A model generated the notes under the pieces. It saw only the letters and a program-made list of their open reading frames with translations. It had not been told where the DNA came from and did no database searches. Positions 28,977 to 31,040 of a stretch of DNA of 31,040 nucleotides are shown here, in pieces; position 1 is the stretch's first letter, and the number at the start of each line of letters is the position of its first letter. The stretch is from a virus (taxonomy: Duplodnaviria; Caudoviricetes): positions 1 to 31,040 of IMG/VR virus record IMGVR_UViG_3300027774_000007; one strand, 5' to 3'. Position numbers and translations under genes: made by a program.

Positions 28977-30022
28977 TGTTAGGCACCTATTTTTACCACG
29001 AAATACTTAGAAAGACGGTTATTTCATTTGGAACATTATTCAATGATATTCATATTCGTCATAAAGATAATAATAATAAATCAATCAGTGATATGAAAGT
29101 TGCATTGGCATACGGCCCAATGCAAAAATTCTTGGCAAGACTTGAGCAACAACCTGATTTAAACCGTGCAACTCAAATCACGTTACCTCGTATGTCTTTT
29201 GAGATGACAAATATTTCATATGATGCTACAAGAAAATCTACTATAACACAAACTTTTAAGGCAACTGATGGGTCTAATTTAAGAAAAGTATTCATGCCGG
29301 TACCATACAATATCGGATTTGAATTAAATATCTTAGTTAAATTAAATGATGACGGATTGCAAATCATAGAACAGATTTTACCATTCTTCCAACCATCTTT
29401 TAATTTATCTGTGGACTTAGTAAATGTAATAGGGGAGAAGAGAGATATAAGTGTTGTTTTAGATAATATATCTTTTCAGGATGATTATGAGGGAGATTTC
29501 GCTACAAGAAGAGCATTGATATATACACTTAATTTTACAGCAAAAACATATCTATTTGGCCCAGTTGCAGATACCCCAGAAGGTCTTATCAAAAAAGTTC
29601 AATTGGATTATCATACCAATATGGATCGTGAAAATAAGAGAAGAGAACTTCGTTACGTTGTGACACCAAAAGCAGTTAAGGATTATGATGGTGATAATAC
29701 TGCGGTGCTTACATTCAATATTAGTGCGTCAGAAGTAAGAATTACTGTAAATGATACAACGAATTTCTCAGTTGGAGATCGTGTTGTGATTGATAGTGAG
29801 GTTATGCAGATTAAAGAAAAACCTGACGCAACAACATTAGTTGTTAAAAGAGGATTTGATAGAACATTAAAAGTTGAACATCTTGAGCAAGCAAGAGTTA
29901 ATAAATTAACCACTGCGGATGATAATCTTATAGATATTGGTGATGACTTTGGATTTAGTGAAACATCTAGTATCTTTACAGACTCATTACAATTTAATCC
30001 TGCAACAAGGACAGACTCATGA
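28976..30022 (+). CDS. gp15: Tail sheath stabilizer / tail terminator, T4 gp15-like
   Basis: Motifs YFYHEILRKTVISFGTLFN, ITLPRMSFE, PVPYNIGFEL, QIIEQILPFFQP, DDYEGDFATRR; synteny with gp13, gp14 and gp16. Confidence 0.95.
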   Translation: MLGTYFYHEILRKTVISFGTLFNDIHIRHKDNNNKSISDMKVALAYGPMQKFLARLEQQPDLNRATQITLPRMSFEMTNISYDATRKSTITQTFKATDGSNLRKVFMPVPYNIGFELNILVKLNDDGLQIIEQILPFFQPSFNLSVDLVNVIGEKRDISVVLDNISFQDDYEGDFATRRALIYTLNFTAKTYLFGPVADTPEGLIKKVQLDYHTNMDRENKRRELRYVVTPKAVKDYDGDNTAVLTFNISASEVRITVNDTTNFSVGDRVVIDSEVMQIKEKPDATTLVVKRGFDRTLKVEHLEQARVNKLTTADDNLIDIGDDFGFSETSSIFTDSLQFNPATRTDS

Positions 30023-30456
30023 TGAACACCAATTTTGACAGTATTGAAAAATCTTTAAATGTAGAAACATCTATTGTTAAAAAAGATAAAAAACCAGAAT
30101 TACCAAATCTAGTTATTAAAAAAGATGATATTGAAAAAGATTACAAATATACAAGAGGACAGTTATATTCACTAATTGAAAAAGGACAAGAAGCAATTAA
30201 TGGCATTATGGAAGTTGCAGGTGAAAGTGCAAGTCCAAGAGCATATGAAGTTGCAGGTCAGTTAATTAAATCAGTCGCAGATAGCACTGATAAATTAATG
30301 GATCTTCAAAAGAAGATGAAAGATATTGATGAGGAAAGCACAAAAACACAGAATAATGTCACAAATAACGCCTTGTTTGTTGGATCTACAAGTGAATTGT
30401 CAAAACTTCTAAAACAAGGTATTCTAAATAATAATGATACAAAAACTGCAGAATAA
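30019..30456 (+). CDS. gp16: Terminase small subunit, T4 gp16-like
   Basis: Motifs DYKYTRGQLYSLIEKG, SPRAYEVAGQLIK and NNALFVGSTSEL. Confidence 0.93.
   Translation: MMNTNFDSIEKSLNVETSIVKKDKKPELPNLVIKKDDIEKDYKYTRGQLYSLIEKGQEAINGIMEVAGESASPRAYEVAGQLIKSVADSTDKLMDLQKKMKDIDEESTKTQNNVTNNALFVGSTSELSKLLKQGILNNNDTKTAE
30423..30430 (+). promoter_or_regulatory. Probable variant late promoter TCTAAATA
   Basis: One mismatch to TATAAATA, 25 bp upstream of the ATG at 30456, a spacing similar to the two perfect sites. Confidence 0.5.
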
Positions 30457-31040
30457 TGAAATCCTGTAAAAAAGGATACTACTATTGTAACACTGAGAAA
30501 AAGTGCATGCCCATTCCTGATGGACATACTGTTCGTGATGATGGAATTCTTATCAAGGAAAAGAAAGATGGTGATCATGAACCAGAGATGATTCGTAATC
30601 AACTCAAAACTGCAGGAAGAGCATCCAAACGAATTGAAAAACATTCTCGTAATAAGAAAAATTTCAAAGCGTGGGTTCAATCAAAGATAACTAAGGCATC
30701 TGATTACTTAGATACTGCTGCAGATTATCTTGATAGCAAAGAAGTTGATGAAGCAGCAAATCCTGCACAGCAGGCTGCGATTGCTATTGACATGAAAAAG
30801 AAGGGTAAAAAACCAAAGAACATGAGCGAAGAGGGTCTTCGTGCATGGTTTGGTAAATCAAGTGGAACTACTAAATCTGGACGCAAAGTAAAAGGTTGGG
30901 TTCAAGTTGGTGGTAAGTATGACGGTAAACCATGTGCCCGTCAACCCGGTCAAACAACAACTCCTAAATGCACCTCATCATCAAAGAGAGCATCTATGAG
31001 TAAGAAGGAAAGAGATAGTGCAAGAAGAAGAAAGTTAGCA
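30456..31040 (+). CDS. Basic modular hypothetical protein (3'-truncated, at least 195 aa); absent from the ORF track
   Basis: TAATG overlap with the gp16 stop. Manual translation is open to the window end: MKSCKKGYYYCNTEKKCMPIPDGH...AWVQSKITKASDYLDTAADYL...EAANPAQQAAIAIDMKKKGKKPK...EEGLRAWFGKS...GKPCARQPGQTTTPKC...RRRKLA. Confidence 0.85.
   Translation, partial: MKSCKKGYYYCNTEKKCMPIPDGHTVRDDGILIKEKKDGDHEPEMIRNQLKTAGRASKRIEKHSRNKKNFKAWVQSKITKASDYLDTAADYLDSKEVDEAANPAQQAAIAIDMKKKGKKPKNMSEEGLRAWFGKSSGTTKSGRKVKGWVQVGGKYDGKPCARQPGQTTTPKCTSSSKRASMSKKERDSARRRKLA

Noticed and set aside
636-30680. Many 60-133-aa minus-strand and alternate-frame ORFs in the track
   Set aside because: All overlap long, motif-bearing + strand genes and have no recognisable motifs. 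They are the expected shadow of codon bias.
1-31040. Apparent abundance of GATC
   Set aside because: It cannot be quantified by eye and is plausibly explained by frequent Asp-Pro/Leu/Gln and Gly-Ser codon pairs.

Overview
The window is a continuous + strand late (virion morphogenesis) operon of a T4-like myovirus, most likely a marine cyanophage (Kyanoviridae). The low GC, roughly one third by eye, would fit a Prochlorococcus-type host, but that is inference. Gene order: baseplate wedge gp6 (5'-truncated), a giant 4303-aa gp7-type wedge protein, gp8, a 2425-aa VrlC/DUF4815-like structural protein, three small ORFs, a 688-aa fiber, a small coiled-coil ORF, neck gp13 and gp14, tail terminator gp15, small terminase gp16, and a 3'-truncated basic ORF from 30456 that the ORF track missed. 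Two perfect T4 late promoters (TATAAATA) and one variant lie upstream of gene starts. I saw no RNA genes, CRISPR arrays or mobile elements, and no clear-cut new multi-gene system. The strongest unexplained signals are: (1) near-total avoidance of CCWGG and GGWCC, achieved with otherwise rare codons at Pro-Gly and Gly-Pro; (2) a cupredoxin-like domain with a complete His/Cys/His/Met ligand set near the gp7 C-terminus; (3) one ~70-aa 'E...RG...H' module reused in gp7, the VrlC-like protein and gp15; (4) a Thr-Asn-Val tandem array in the VrlC-like protein; (5) a modular ORF after gp16 that looks like a protease-processed internal-head polyprotein. All family calls come from recalled motifs and synteny, not database searches.
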